From the NCBI GenBank assembly GCA_000092065.1, contig CP000594.1: 64,000 bases of DNA; one strand, given 5' to 3'. Below, one piece after another: positions 1-10,151 of this stretch. How positions within the stretch are numbered: the first letter of the stretch is position 1; each line of letters opens with the position of its first letter. This stretch comes from Ostreococcus lucimarinus. Lineage: Eukaryota. Position numbers and translations under genes: made by a program. The notes below the pieces were generated by a model. The model was not told the DNA's origin. It saw only the letters and a program-made list of their open reading frames with translations, and did no database searches.

Positions 1-29
1 AAAATCGACGACCGCGGACGCGCGGGTGA

Positions 30-1133
30 CTGACGAGAGGTTTCGCGGCGCAGTTTTCTTCGCGTAAGCGCGTCTGCGGCGCGCCGGCGGCGGCGTCCCG
101 GACGCGCGTCGTCGTCCCGCGGGCTCGAGCGGTCGCGGCGCGCGCGAGCGGAGAGAAGAAGTCGGTGTTGATCGTGAACACGAATGGTGGCGGACACGCG
201 AACATCGGGTTCTGGCTGGCGAAGACGCTGGCGGGGGCTGGGCACGACGTGACGATGAACGTCGTCGGCGCCGAGGACGATAAGAAGATGGCCAAGACTC
301 CGTTCTCGTTGTTCGATGAGATTCGAGGGATGGGTGTGAAGACGGTGTGGGCGAACCCCGATGAAGTGGCGTCCAAGCATGCCGGGGCGAAGTTCGACGT
401 GGTCGTCGATAACAACGGTAAGGACATGGACACCGTTGGTCCGGTGGCGGATTTCGCCGTCGCCGCGGGGGCGTCGCAGTTCTTGTTCGTCTCGAGCGCG
501 GGTATCTACAAGCCCACGCCGTGCCCGCCGCACGTCGAGGGCGATGCCGTGAAGGAGACGAGCGGCCACGCCGTCGTCGAGGCGCACTTGAAGACGTTGC
601 CGTTGAAGATGAGCTCTTTCCGCCCGCAATACTTGACGGGATACGGATCGAACAAGGACTGCGAGGAGTGGTTCTTCGATCGCGCCGTGCGCGGCCGACC
701 GATCTTGGTCCCGGGCTCGGGTGATCAGCTCTCGTCGGTGACGCACGCCGAAGATTTGGCCACCATGATCGCCGCCGCCGTCGGCAACGACGCCGCCGCT
801 GGGGAAATCTTCAACTGCGTGACGACGAAAGCCGTCACGCTGAACGGCATGGCGGAACTTTGCGCCAAGGCTGCGGGCGTCGAACCGAACGTGATCAACT
901 ACGACCCGAAGGATGTCCCGGATGTCGAAGTTAAGAAGGCGTTCCCGTTCCGCCCGATCCACTTCTACAGCTCCAGCGCCAAGGCGCAAGCCGTGCTCGG
1001 CTGGTCGCCCAAGCACCCGGATTTGGCCGCCGAGCTCAAGGAACGCTTCGCGTACTACAAGTCCATCGGACGCGATAAGAAGGAGATGTCGTTCGAAACC
1101 GACGACAAAATTCTCGCCGCGATCGGCAAGTAA
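30..1133 (+). CDS. CSP41A: Chloroplast stem-loop binding protein 41 kDa a (CSP41a), an NAD-dependent epimerase/dehydratase-fold RNA-binding protein. The 5' end is incomplete.
   Basis: End-to-end similarity to plant CSP41a (KKVLIVNTNSGGHA...FLF(I/V)SSAGIYK...RPQY..G.G.NKDCEEWFFDR...NCV...KIGRDKKE..F..DDKIL). The frame stays open upstream to nt 30 with an Arg/Ala/Ser-rich transit-peptide-like sequence but no ATG, so the start lies upstream, either off-window or in an upstream exon. Confidence 0.85.
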   Translation: MTRGFAAQFSSRKRVCGAPAAASRTRVVVPRARAVAARASGEKKSVLIVNTNGGGHANIGFWLAKTLAGAGHDVTMNVVGAEDDKKMAKTPFSLFDEIRGMGVKTVWANPDEVASKHAGAKFDVVVDNNGKDMDTVGPVADFAVAAGASQFLFVSSAGIYKPTPCPPHVEGDAVKETSGHAVVEAHLKTLPLKMSSFRPQYLTGYGSNKDCEEWFFDRAVRGRPILVPGSGDQLSSVTHAEDLATMIAAAVGNDAAAGEIFNCVTTKAVTLNGMAELCAKAAGVEPNVINYDPKDVPDVEVKKAFPFRPIHFYSSSAKAQAVLGWSPKHPDLAAELKERFAYYKSIGRDKKEMSFETDDKILAAIGK

Positions 1134-1217
1134 ATAGCGAGCTTGATTTTATATTAAACGAACATATTGAACGTGCAACGCGAGCTAAAACGTACAGTAC
1201 ACGGATCGGCGACGTCG

Positions 1218-2396
1218 TCATCGGTTTGGAACTTGGGAGAAACCACCTAGAAAGTTGAGCGCCAAATTCTTCGCCGAGTCCGCCGTCAGGGATTGTATTT
1301 CACGATCCAAGTGCGCGCGATGCGTCGCCCGCGGACTGGCGTAGGCGTAACTCGCGTGTCGAAGCGTGACCTCGACCCCTCGCGTCAACGACTCGTACGC
1401 CTCGCCGAGATCGGAATCTTTGAACCTTTCTAACTCATCCATATCACCGTCGATGATGTGCCAATGCTCGCCCGGACGCGCGGTGGTGGCGATGAGATTC
1501 GCCGCGGCGAGCGAGCGCGAGGCAAAGTTTTCGGTCGGGATCACGCAGACCCCGTAACCGTCGACGTCTTCGGCGACTTCGAAACCGTTTTCTCTAAATA
1601 TTTCGCGGCACCTCTCCACCGCGCGTCCGCGCGAATTCAAGACGAACACCTTGCTCCCGCGCGCCAGCGCGGCGTGCAAGAGCGGTTTCAGGTCCTCGTA
1701 CACGACCTGCTCGCCCGCGCTCGTCCCCGGCTCGCCGTCCGCCGTCGTCTCCATCCGACGCGCGTCCACCGACGCTTGCAAACCCGCCGGCATCATCCGT
1801 CGCCCGTCCCACCCGACGCTCGACTCCACCTCCTCCCCCCACTTCAACACGCTCATCAACTTTATCTCCGGCCAGCTCGACACGATCTCGTCCACCGTCA
1901 ACGGCCTCGTTCTTCGCTCGAACCGCTGCTCGTTTGAAAACACCGGCCCCGGCCGCCCGCCGCTCGTCGTCCGCCCGCCGATGATCGCCTCGTCCGCGAT
2001 CACCCGCACCATCACCACCGCCTCGCACGACGTCGACTCCGCGATCGCTCGTCGCATCGTTCGCATCGCCTCGACGTACGACGACGCGTCTCCCGGGACG
2101 TGCTCCGGCCAGCGCTCGCGCGCCACCGCGTGGCTCACCCTCGTCATCTCCACCGTCGCGTCCACGACGGCGTCGTACGCGAACAGCACGACGTCGCGCG
2201 ACCGCTCGATGGCGTCGTCGTCGCTCGCGTCGCTCGCGTCCGCCGCGCGTCGCGCGACGCGTCGGCGTCGCGCCGACGCCGACGCCGATGTCCCGCTCGA
2301 TCGCGTCGCGCGGTCGCGCGCGCCTCGCGCGGTCGCGGTCGCGCGCGCGCGCGGCTCCGGACGCGCGCGCGACGCGTCGATCGCCCGCGCGTCCAT
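1218..2396 (-). CDS. Hypothetical protein. The C-terminal half is proteinaceous and Rossmann/DUSP-like; a Rit1-type tRNA-modification protein is only a guess.
   Basis: The C-terminal ~250 aa of the 720-aa minus ORF has balanced composition (VFVLNSRGRAVERCREIFRENGFEVAEDVDGYGVCVIPTEN...HWHIIDGDMDELERFKDSDLGE). The N-terminal part of the long ORF is Arg-rich and antisense to the JmjC gene, so I placed the start at the in-frame ATG at 2396. Confidence 0.4.
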   Translation of the reverse strand: MDARAIDASRARPEPRARATATARGARDRATRSSGTSASASARRRRVARRAADASDASDDDAIERSRDVVLFAYDAVVDATVEMTRVSHAVARERWPEHVPGDASSYVEAMRTMRRAIAESTSCEAVVMVRVIADEAIIGGRTTSGGRPGPVFSNEQRFERRTRPLTVDEIVSSWPEIKLMSVLKWGEEVESSVGWDGRRMMPAGLQASVDARRMETTADGEPGTSAGEQVVYEDLKPLLHAALARGSKVFVLNSRGRAVERCREIFRENGFEVAEDVDGYGVCVIPTENFASRSLAAANLIATTARPGEHWHIIDGDMDELERFKDSDLGEAYESLTRGVEVTLRHASYAYASPRATHRAHLDREIQSLTADSAKNLALNFLGGFSQVPNR

Positions 2397-2456
2397 GGCG
2401 CGCGCGCGTGTCGCGCCGCGCGCCGCGACGACGCTCGGAGGGACGCGGGACGCGCG

Positions 2457-3935
2457 ATGCGACGAAAAGATATTTTGTTTCGCGCCGGACGCCGCGAGCG
2501 TTTTAATCGCGCGACACACTCGTCGTCGCGCGGCCGATTCGGGACGCGCGCGACGCCGCGGGGCGCGACGTTGCGCGGAAAAACATATCGAAGATCGATC
2601 TCGCACGGCGGCATACGCGCGTACGGCGCGCGAGGCGTCGCGAGACGGGACGACGATGGGGAATCGCGCGAGGCGAGCGTTTCTGAAGACGAGACGACGC
2701 GCGGGACGGGGGGGTGGACGCCGCGCGCGCGCGAGGATTTCGGGACGTCGGGAGGGGCGTTTCCGGAGATTAACGTCGTGCAGTTCGTGGACGCGGAAGA
2801 CGGGGCGCCGGTGAGTTGTTTTGGGATGGATTACGAGACGCTGCGGCGGCGCGCGGCGGAGGCGGCGTTCGACGAGACGTCGACGACGCCCGAGTATCGT
2901 GGGTTTTTGAATCACGCGAGACGGTGCGTCGATGGGAGCGGAAAGATCGACTGGGGTTCGGTGACGCGCGTGGGGGGGCTGGCTGGGTCGAGAGAGGTGC
3001 GGCGGGCGCGCGGGGTGGACCCTCGGGACGTCGAGGCGGCGTGTTTGCGAGGCGAAGGCGAACCTTTGATCGTCGAGGACGGAGGGAAAGATTGGGCCAA
3101 GTGGGATTTTGAAACGCTTCAAAACGAAATCGGTGATTTTGAGGTGTTGTGTAACGATCGAGCGCCCGCGCGGCGACGAGAGATCGATGGATCCAAGCAG
3201 CGGTCGCACCTGATTCCGTTTCGGGCGTACGCCGACTACGTACGAAAGCGCGACGGCGTCGCCGGCACAGTCTTTGACGATCGCCGCACGCCGTTTTATG
3301 CAAACGGCATGCGCGTATTCAGCGAGTGCAAGCGCGCCGACGCCCTCTCGCGGGCGTTTCCACGACCTTATTTCACGCACGAGTGCGATAATACGGAGAC
3401 GCTGCTCATGGCGACAACGAACGAGCTCGGGTCGATACTCAAATTTGACTCGGAAATCGCGCTCAGAATGCGTGACAGCGTCTCAAAATCGCTCGACAAG
3501 ATGTTTGTCGGGCCTCGAGGCGCACTCACGCGCCTTCATTACGACGCCGGGGACGCTCACGGTTGGCTGGGACAGGTCGAGGGGCGGAAGCTCTTCGTGT
3601 TTTATCCGCCCAGCGCGTCGCCGATGCTTTATCCGATTGAAGACTCGCACGCCAGCGTCGATCCACTGGAGCCAGACTACGATCGATTTCCACTATTTCG
3701 CGAAGCGCAATCGCGCGCGCGAGTGTGCGTGCTGAATCCGGGAGAAGTCGTACTGTGTCCTCGACGATGGTGGCACTACGCCGTGGCCCTGGACACTAGC
3801 GTCACGGTTATGAGGAATTGGTACAACGTCAATACCAACGCCCAGGCGTTGGTCGAGCAGATATGCTCCACGATTAAACAAACAGTAGACAATAGAGCGA
3901 AAGGATCCGTGCCTCGAAACGAAGCGTCTCGATGA
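2457..3935 (+). CDS. JmjC-domain (cupin-like) protein, putative 2-oxoglutarate/Fe(II)-dependent hydroxylase
   Basis: Cupin/JmjC signature region: LTRLHYDAGDAHGWLGQVEGRKLFVFYPP...DPLEPDYDRFPLF...LNPGEVVLCPRRWWHYAVALDTSVTVMRNWYN. The first in-frame ATG clear of the opposite-strand gene is at 2457. Confidence 0.7.
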   Translation: MRRKDILFRAGRRERFNRATHSSSRGRFGTRATPRGATLRGKTYRRSISHGGIRAYGARGVARRDDDGESREASVSEDETTRGTGGWTPRAREDFGTSGGAFPEINVVQFVDAEDGAPVSCFGMDYETLRRRAAEAAFDETSTTPEYRGFLNHARRCVDGSGKIDWGSVTRVGGLAGSREVRRARGVDPRDVEAACLRGEGEPLIVEDGGKDWAKWDFETLQNEIGDFEVLCNDRAPARRREIDGSKQRSHLIPFRAYADYVRKRDGVAGTVFDDRRTPFYANGMRVFSECKRADALSRAFPRPYFTHECDNTETLLMATTNELGSILKFDSEIALRMRDSVSKSLDKMFVGPRGALTRLHYDAGDAHGWLGQVEGRKLFVFYPPSASPMLYPIEDSHASVDPLEPDYDRFPLFREAQSRARVCVLNPGEVVLCPRRWWHYAVALDTSVTVMRNWYNVNTNAQALVEQICSTIKQTVDNRAKGSVPRNEASR

Positions 3936-4168
3936 AGATACGTCGCGGCGCTAGTCGGTGAATTCGCTCGCTCGCGCGTCGCGTCGTTTACGGATGAATG
4001 GAATCGAAAGATTAAAAGCCTATGGTAATTAATCAGCAGCGATACACGTGCGCTTGAGCGTCGTCCGCGCTTAATGCTTGAACACCCGCTCGCGTGCGGC
4101 GAAAACTCGCGGCGAAAGAGATGATATTCGTCGTACAAACGAACGACTCGAACGACTCGCTCGAGCGT

Positions 4169-4909
4169 CTACGCCGAGAACAACTCCTCCAAAGTCATGT
4201 CCCGCATCTTGGCCACTTCCTTGAACGTTCGCATCTCGTTCAACCCCGCAACGACCGCCCGCGCATTATTCAACGGGTTCGAGCTTCCGAGCTGTTTCGC
4301 GAAGCAATTCTTATAGCCCGCCAGCTCCAAAACCGTGCGGCACGCGCCCCCCGCGATGACCCCCGTCCCCGGGCTCGCCGGGCGCAGCATCACCACCGCG
4401 CCGCCCTTCCCCTTCACCGTCACTCGATGCGGGAACGTGTCCCCTTTAGTTATCGGCGCTCGCTTCGCGCTCTTTCGCGCATCGCTCGCCGCCTTCGTCA
4501 CCGCGATTTGCACCTCCTTCGCCTTCTGGCACCCGACGCCAACCAAACCCTTGCCGTCGCCCACGACCACGGTGGCGCGGAAGCTCATCTGCGACCCGCC
4601 CTTGGTGATTTTCGTGACGCGCGACACCTGGACGACGGACTCTTGCATCCCGTCGTCCTCCTTGCCGCCGCGACCGCGGCCTCGGCCGCCGCGACCACCG
4701 CGTCCGCCGCCGCGCCCGCCGCGCGCGCGCGGGGTCTCGGACTCGCCTTCGACTGCCGACGCGTCTGCGTCGTCGCCGGCGCGCGCGACCGTCGCCGTGC
4801 GCCGCGGGGCGACGGCGACAATTTTATCGCATCGGTTCGCGCGGCTCGGGAGGCGCGCGGACGCCGCGCGAGACGCGGGCGCGGCGGTGAGGGCGATGGA
4901 GGCCATCAT
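4169..4909 (-). CDS. Organelle-targeted (probably plastid) bacterial-type ribosomal protein S5 (uS5)
   Basis: C-terminal 160 aa align with bacterial S5 (VTKITKGG...[27 protein letters not shown]...[22 protein letters not shown]...K.LGS.NP.N...A...L). It is preceded by a transit-peptide-like N-terminus and an RGG-rich spacer. Confidence 0.85.
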   Translation of the reverse strand: MMASIALTAAPASRAASARLPSRANRCDKIVAVAPRRTATVARAGDDADASAVEGESETPRARGGRGGGRGGRGGRGRGRGGKEDDGMQESVVQVSRVTKITKGGSQMSFRATVVVGDGKGLVGVGCQKAKEVQIAVTKAASDARKSAKRAPITKGDTFPHRVTVKGKGGAVVMLRPASPGTGVIAGGACRTVLELAGYKNCFAKQLGSSNPLNNARAVVAGLNEMRTFKEVAKMRDMTLEELFSA

Positions 4910-5229
4910 GATTCGCGGCGCGACGTCGATGGTTGAATCGACGCGTGGAAGCGCGCGTGGGCGGCGGTCGTCCGGGCGTGCGGTGGGCGCGCGACGAAAC
5001 GATCGACGGTGCGCGTCGAGCGTGCGCGAGCGGCGACGATGGCGTCGCGGTGTGCGGCGCGGCGGCGGCGACGTTCGAGGGCGAGGGCGAGAGAAACCCT
5101 ATTGCTCCTTCAGGGTAGAGATGGGGTGGCGACCGACCGCGTGTGGGTAAACAGTGATAAATCGACGCGATCAGGACGCCGCGGCGCGCGCGAGTCGCTC
5201 GAAAAGGCGCGCGGGGATCGATCACAACG

Positions 5230-6537
5230 TTAATCGCGACCGGAATCGCGCGCGGCGTTCCGGATTTCGGTGCTACTGACGTCGACGCGAAAAGACGGGA
5301 GGGCGGCGAAGAGGTCGGCGGCGCGGCGCGCGGCGGCGGCGGCGAGGACGTCGGCGGCGGGGACGAAGGCGCGAGAGACGCGGTCGACGCGGCCGGCGAC
5401 GAGGAAATCGCACGCGTTGGCTCGGATTTCGTTGAGGGATTCGTCGAGGGCGGCGTCGGAGCCGGCGTATTTGGGGTCGAGGAGACGCGCGGCGGTGTCG
5501 GCGCCGACGACGAAGGCGGCGCCGGGGGCGGCGCGGGTCTTGTCCACGAAGAGTGGGGTTTTGGTGAGTAAACACACCGTGCCGGGGGTGGAGAACTGCT
5601 CGAGTCGACGCATGATCTCGTCTATGGAGAGCGTCCCCTTGTCGGCGTTCGTGACGCCGATTTCGTACGCGCCGAGCGCGCCCGGGGGCTTTGTCGCCGT
5701 CGCCGCGGCGAGCAAGTCGCGGTGGCCGTCGTGCAAAGGGTTGAACGACCCACTCAACACGACGTTCGCACGCGTGGCGCCCACTGCGGTGAGCACGCCC
5801 CCCGTGAATTCCAAAATCATCGGCGCCGCGGTGGTGGCACCGCTCGTCGACGAGTCGTCCTCCGCCAACCACCGCTCGACGACGGCGCGAGCGTCGCTCG
5901 CGTTTGCGTACGCCGAATCCTCCATCGTCGTCACCGAAACCTCGTCGAACTCGCGTTCGCTCAGAACTTCTCGCACTAAATCTACACCCGCGTCCGCGTC
6001 CGCGTCATCGACGCTCCGCCTCGCTTCCTCGTACAGCGCTCGCAACACCAACCGCGACGCGCAGCCCTCCTCGTCGAACCGCGAGCGCCCGCTCGTCTTC
6101 TCCAATCGCATCTCGTACGTCGTCATCCGCCCCAGCGTCTTCGCCGCCACGAAACATCTGTGGTCGCCTCGTTTGACGACGTCCTCCGTCGTCAGCGCGC
6201 ACGTCGCGCCGAGGCCCGTCGTCGCTCGCGCGTCGCTCGCCGACGCCGTCGCTCGCGAGCTTCCGTGTCGCACCGCCCTCGCGTACGCCGCGCTCGCCAG
6301 CGCCTCCGCGACTTCCCGCGAGCAGTACGATTCCACGTCATCGTCCGTCGCCCTCCCGAGCGTCTCGAGCGCGCTCTCGCGCGCGTACGGCACGCGCGCG
6401 TCCAATAAAGTGTTCGAGCACCTCGGGACGCTCGTCAGCCACCCGAGCGCGCGCGCCCCGCCGCCCGTGACGTGCAGCACCGCCCTGACCTTGCTCGCGT
6501 GGATCGTCTCCACGATGGCGCGGATTCCGGGCTCCAT
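5230..6537 (-). CDS. Fusion protein with an N-terminal CinA-C/PncC-like (NMN deamidase-like) domain and a C-terminal NadD/NMNAT-like nucleotidyltransferase domain
   Basis: The N-terminal half resembles the CinA C-terminal domain (LHVTGGGARALGWLTSVPRCSNTLLDARVPYARESALETLG...ATTGLGATCALTTEDVVKRGDHRCFVAAKTLG). The C-terminal half has the HxGH nucleotidyltransferase motif (SGSFNPLHDGH) and an ISSTEIR-type terminal motif (VSSTEIRNA). Confidence 0.6.
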   Translation of the reverse strand: MEPGIRAIVETIHASKVRAVLHVTGGGARALGWLTSVPRCSNTLLDARVPYARESALETLGRATDDDVESYCSREVAEALASAAYARAVRHGSSRATASASDARATTGLGATCALTTEDVVKRGDHRCFVAAKTLGRMTTYEMRLEKTSGRSRFDEEGCASRLVLRALYEEARRSVDDADADAGVDLVREVLSEREFDEVSVTTMEDSAYANASDARAVVERWLAEDDSSTSGATTAAPMILEFTGGVLTAVGATRANVVLSGSFNPLHDGHRDLLAAATATKPPGALGAYEIGVTNADKGTLSIDEIMRRLEQFSTPGTVCLLTKTPLFVDKTRAAPGAAFVVGADTAARLLDPKYAGSDAALDESLNEIRANACDFLVAGRVDRVSRAFVPAADVLAAAAARRAADLFAALPSFRVDVSSTEIRNAARDSGRD

Positions 6538-7079
6538 CGGCGCGCGCGCGACGCGGCGTCGCGCGGTGAAGTGCGACAGCGCGTCCCGGTCGTTCGTTCA
6601 AACGTTCGCGTCACACGTCGACGCGACGACGCGCTCGATCGCGCGCGCGCTCGCGAGCTCGAACGCAGGCGCGCATCGCGCGGTCGTCGACGCATGCGCG
6701 CGAGGCGAACGGGCGCGGCGGCGGCGAACGAGGACGACGCGCGATTGGCCAAGTATCTCGTCGTGAACGCGGAAAACGTCGCGCACAACGCGCGAGTGAG
6801 CGCGCGAGTGTTCACGTACCTGAGCATCGTGTCCGGAATCGCGATCGGCGCGCTCGGATACACCGGAGTGCGAGGGTTCGCGGCGCACGGGGTGTTTATG
6901 CTGGCGAGCGCGTGCGCGGTGGCGGCGAGCAAGTGCGAGGGACGACCGACGAGTTTCTTTCCGTCCGTCGATAAGGTGTTCCTGGACGGACCGAACGCTG
7001 GATTGCCGACGTTTGTGTTGTTTTGGACGCTGTCGTATAATTGCTGGCACTTGTTTTAGACGGTCGGAGGAGAGGGATC

Positions 7080-9209
7080 ATGAACACGGCGGCGCTGGTG
7101 AAGCGACAGCGGCGACCGGTGACGTATTCGCTTCCGCAGCCCGAGTACGCGAACAAGCACGTCGGTGGGGTGAACGCGGTGGACTTGGGAGGAGAGGGAT
7201 CCGATAGCATATTCACCGGTGGGCGCGATGGGACGGTTCGGATGTGGGATCTGTCGGCGGGGATGCCAGCGTGCGCGCGGCGGTTTGAAGGTCACGGCGG
7301 GTGGGTGAACGACGTCGCGAGAGTGTCGAGCACACATTTGGCGAGCGCTTCTAGCGATCACACCGTGCGGCTGTGGGATATAAGTGAAGGATCGATGTCG
7401 TCGTCTTGCGCGGTGGCTTTGCAGGGACACACAGATTACGTCATGGCGTTGGCGTGCGCGTCGGAACGCTTGGAAGGAAAGTTTGCTTCGGGCGGGCTCA
7501 ATCGCGAGATTTTCTTGTGGGACATCGAGCGATGTCTCGCGATCAATGCCGCGCCGTCGTATCTAAGCGTGAAGAATGATGGATGCGTCACCGCGCTGGG
7601 GGGCTCGAAGGAGTCCATCTACGCTTTGGGTATGGATGGGACTGGAAACTTGCTCGTCTCCGGCGGTACCGAGCTCGCGCTTCGCGTGTGGGACACGCGG
7701 AGCGCTCAAAAGGAAGGCAAACTCAAGGGACACACAGACAATGTTCGAGCAATCGTCGTCGACACGGATGGTAAAAAGTGCGTCACAGCGTCGAGCGATA
7801 GAACGATTCGTGTTTGGGACATTGGCGAGCAGCGATGCGTGCAGACGTTTGCGGGCATGCACACCGGGTCAATTTGGGCGCTCGCGTGCAACCGCGATTT
7901 CACTCGTGTATACTCGGGAGGTATCGATGCCCGGATATGCGTCACGTCGTTGCGTGATAGGAAAAGTAGTTTAGTCGCGAACGAATCGGCGGCTATTTTA
8001 AAGCTGCGCCTAGACGAGTCAACGCGCGCGAGCGGTTTCGCCGCGCACTCGTCGGACGGCGACTTGTGGACCGCCACTGCGTCGCGGTCGATCAAGCGCT
8101 GGCCGACGATCATCCCGGGCGAAGATGGCTCATCAGCGAACGTAGAAGACTCTCATGGAACGCCGACGAGCACCTCGTTCTCGCGTCGCGCCGCTGGATC
8201 GAGTCTTTTGCGGCAGCCGGGAACGTGGTTCGACGTCGGTTCGCCCGGGGCATTTTCGTTCGGCGGCACGACGCCGCGAAAGTTCGATAACTGGGGCGAT
8301 CCGCACGATCGTGAGCCCCAGGACTTAGTGCCGTCGATGGAGATTATCGGTGTGAGCCCGATCGTTCGTCACAGCGTGCTGAAGAACAAGATGGAGGTGT
8401 TGACGCAAGACTCCATGGGTGCCATCGCGCTGTGGGACGTGTCGCGATCGACCCCAATACGCACGTTCGACGGCGTCACCGATGGATCAGACTTCGAAAT
8501 TTTACTCGAAAATGAAAGTTTGAATCCAGATGTCGTCGTTCCATCGTGGTTTACCTGCAACACTCGTAGTGGTTCGCTCGCCATCACGCTCTCGCCAAGT
8601 TCGGCGTTCAACGCCGAGGCGTACGCGAGCGATCTGGGTATCGCTGACGCCGCGCCGGACGAGCGAAGAAATTTAGGTGTCGAAATCATTCGACTATTGA
8701 TGGATGAGTGGGTAGAAAAATTTACGTCGTCGAAACCTCCGCGATCAACGAAACGGGCGTTCGCCGAGCCGCTCCCGAGCGAGTGTGCGGTTTCGTTCGC
8801 GCACCCCATCGACGACAGCGGTCGCGTGTGCGTCAAGATTCGCGAAGACTTCTCGGGCACACCCACCGAGCGTGAGTTGCTTCCCAAATGGTTCGCCGAT
8901 CACGCCCTGAATCAAGCGCCCGAGCCGGAATCTCCAAAGATCAGTTTCCGCCTCGCCCCTCGCGCAGGCTCGGGTCTCGCTGAAATTTCCCCCGCGAGCG
9001 TCTCGGCGCCCAAGATTCTCGGCGCTCAGAAGATTCGCGAATACATCGCACAGAAGTTAGACGAAACAGATGGCGGAACGAGCACCGATGCCAGCGCGCT
9101 CGCGCTCTGGTGCGCCGGCCAACCCGTGCCGTCGTCGGCCACGCTCGCCGCCGCGCTCGCGCGCGTCTGGAAAAAATCGCCCCCGATCGAGCTCGAGTAC
9201 TCCAACTAG
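7080..9209 (+). CDS. WDR48: WD40-repeat protein, homologue of WDR48/UAF1 (deubiquitinase-activating factor)
   Basis: Strong collinear similarity to WDR48 across the WD repeats (GVNA..L...........FTGGRDG..R.W......HTDWVND...........ASSD.TV..W... GHTDYV.ALA...........GGLNR.IFLWD). The real ATG is at 7080 (MNTAALVKRQRRPVTYS). Confidence 0.85.
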   Translation: MNTAALVKRQRRPVTYSLPQPEYANKHVGGVNAVDLGGEGSDSIFTGGRDGTVRMWDLSAGMPACARRFEGHGGWVNDVARVSSTHLASASSDHTVRLWDISEGSMSSSCAVALQGHTDYVMALACASERLEGKFASGGLNREIFLWDIERCLAINAAPSYLSVKNDGCVTALGGSKESIYALGMDGTGNLLVSGGTELALRVWDTRSAQKEGKLKGHTDNVRAIVVDTDGKKCVTASSDRTIRVWDIGEQRCVQTFAGMHTGSIWALACNRDFTRVYSGGIDARICVTSLRDRKSSLVANESAAILKLRLDESTRASGFAAHSSDGDLWTATASRSIKRWPTIIPGEDGSSANVEDSHGTPTSTSFSRRAAGSSLLRQPGTWFDVGSPGAFSFGGTTPRKFDNWGDPHDREPQDLVPSMEIIGVSPIVRHSVLKNKMEVLTQDSMGAIALWDVSRSTPIRTFDGVTDGSDFEILLENESLNPDVVVPSWFTCNTRSGSLAITLSPSSAFNAEAYASDLGIADAAPDERRNLGVEIIRLLMDEWVEKFTSSKPPRSTKRAFAEPLPSECAVSFAHPIDDSGRVCVKIREDFSGTPTERELLPKWFADHALNQAPEPESPKISFRLAPRAGSGLAEISPASVSAPKILGAQKIREYIAQKLDETDGGTSTDASALALWCAGQPVPSSATLAAALARVWKKSPPIELEYSN

Positions 9210-9263
9210 CCGCGATCGCAACGTTCATCGTCGCGCCTGTTGTCATCTCCACAAAAAAAAATT

Positions 9264-9345
9264 CGCATTCGGCAGGATTTGAACCTACGCACGGAGACCG
9301 TATTCGATTTCTAGTCGAACCCCTTAACCACTCGGGCACGAATGC
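9264..9345 (-). tRNA. tRNA-Ser (anticodon AGA), type II with a long variable arm
   Basis: The reverse complement GCATTCGTGCCCGAGTGGTTAAGGGGTTCGACTAGAAATCGAATACGGTCTCCGTGCGTAGGTTCAAATCCTGCCGAATGCG folds as a cloverleaf. It has a 7-bp acceptor stem GCATTCG/CGAATGC, a D-loop AGTGGTTAA, an anticodon loop CT-AGA-AA, a 15-nt variable arm, and a T-arm GTAGG-TTCAAAT-CCTGC. Confidence 0.85.
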
Positions 9346-10151
9346 TCGTCGCGGACGCCGCGCGCTTCGACACATGGTCAAATCACACATTAAATACGTC
9401 GCACACACACCTAAAAAAACATAAACTTCAATCTCAGACCCCCGACGCGATCGCGCGACGCGTGTTACAGGTTTTTCCCGATCCCCCTCGATCGCGCGCC
9501 GACGTCACGCGATCGCGTCGCCGCGCGGTCGATCGATCGCCGATCGCCGTCGTCGAACCTCGCCGCGTCGATCGATGATCACGCGCGGACGATGCGGTGA
9601 GGTTCGACGCCCGCGCGGGCGCGTCGATCGCGAATATTCTCGAGACGTCGGGCCGCCGCGCGCACTTTACTTTACGTCGCGTGGTCGAACGACACACAGC
9701 AGGTGCGCGAGCGATGCGAGCGCGCGTGACCGAGACGCGCGCGCGCGGGAAATATTCCGCCGCGCGTTCGCGCGCGCGGAGGCGCGGCGCGGCGCGGGAT
9801 CGGGGCGAACGGACGCGCGATGGGACGCGCGCGCGATGATGATCCGTCCGCGGCGGCGGGTTATCTTGACGCGTGGCGTCGCGCGCGACGCGAATATGTC
9901 GGGGCTCGCGCGGTAATACCGCGCGGGAAATCGCGTGCGTCGATCCTGCGCGTCCGTGGGGGATGTCGCGGCGCGATCGCGCGGTGGGATGGGAAGATGT
10001 TGAAGATCTTGGATTTTTGGGACGAGGCGCGGGTGACGGCGCGCGGCGGCGCGGACGTCGAGGCGAAACGAACGAACCGGAAGACTGACGACGGCGAACG
10101 CGCTGAAAACGAGCAGTAAACCGCACATCAACACACTCCACAGACATAAAT

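Noticed and set aside
1218-3380. A 720-aa minus-strand ORF spanning two genes
   Set aside because: Its N-terminal two-thirds is Arg/Ala-rich and exactly antisense to the JmjC gene. Only the last ~390 aa (to the ATG at 2396) looks like protein. I treated it as a GC-driven stop-codon-free read-through.
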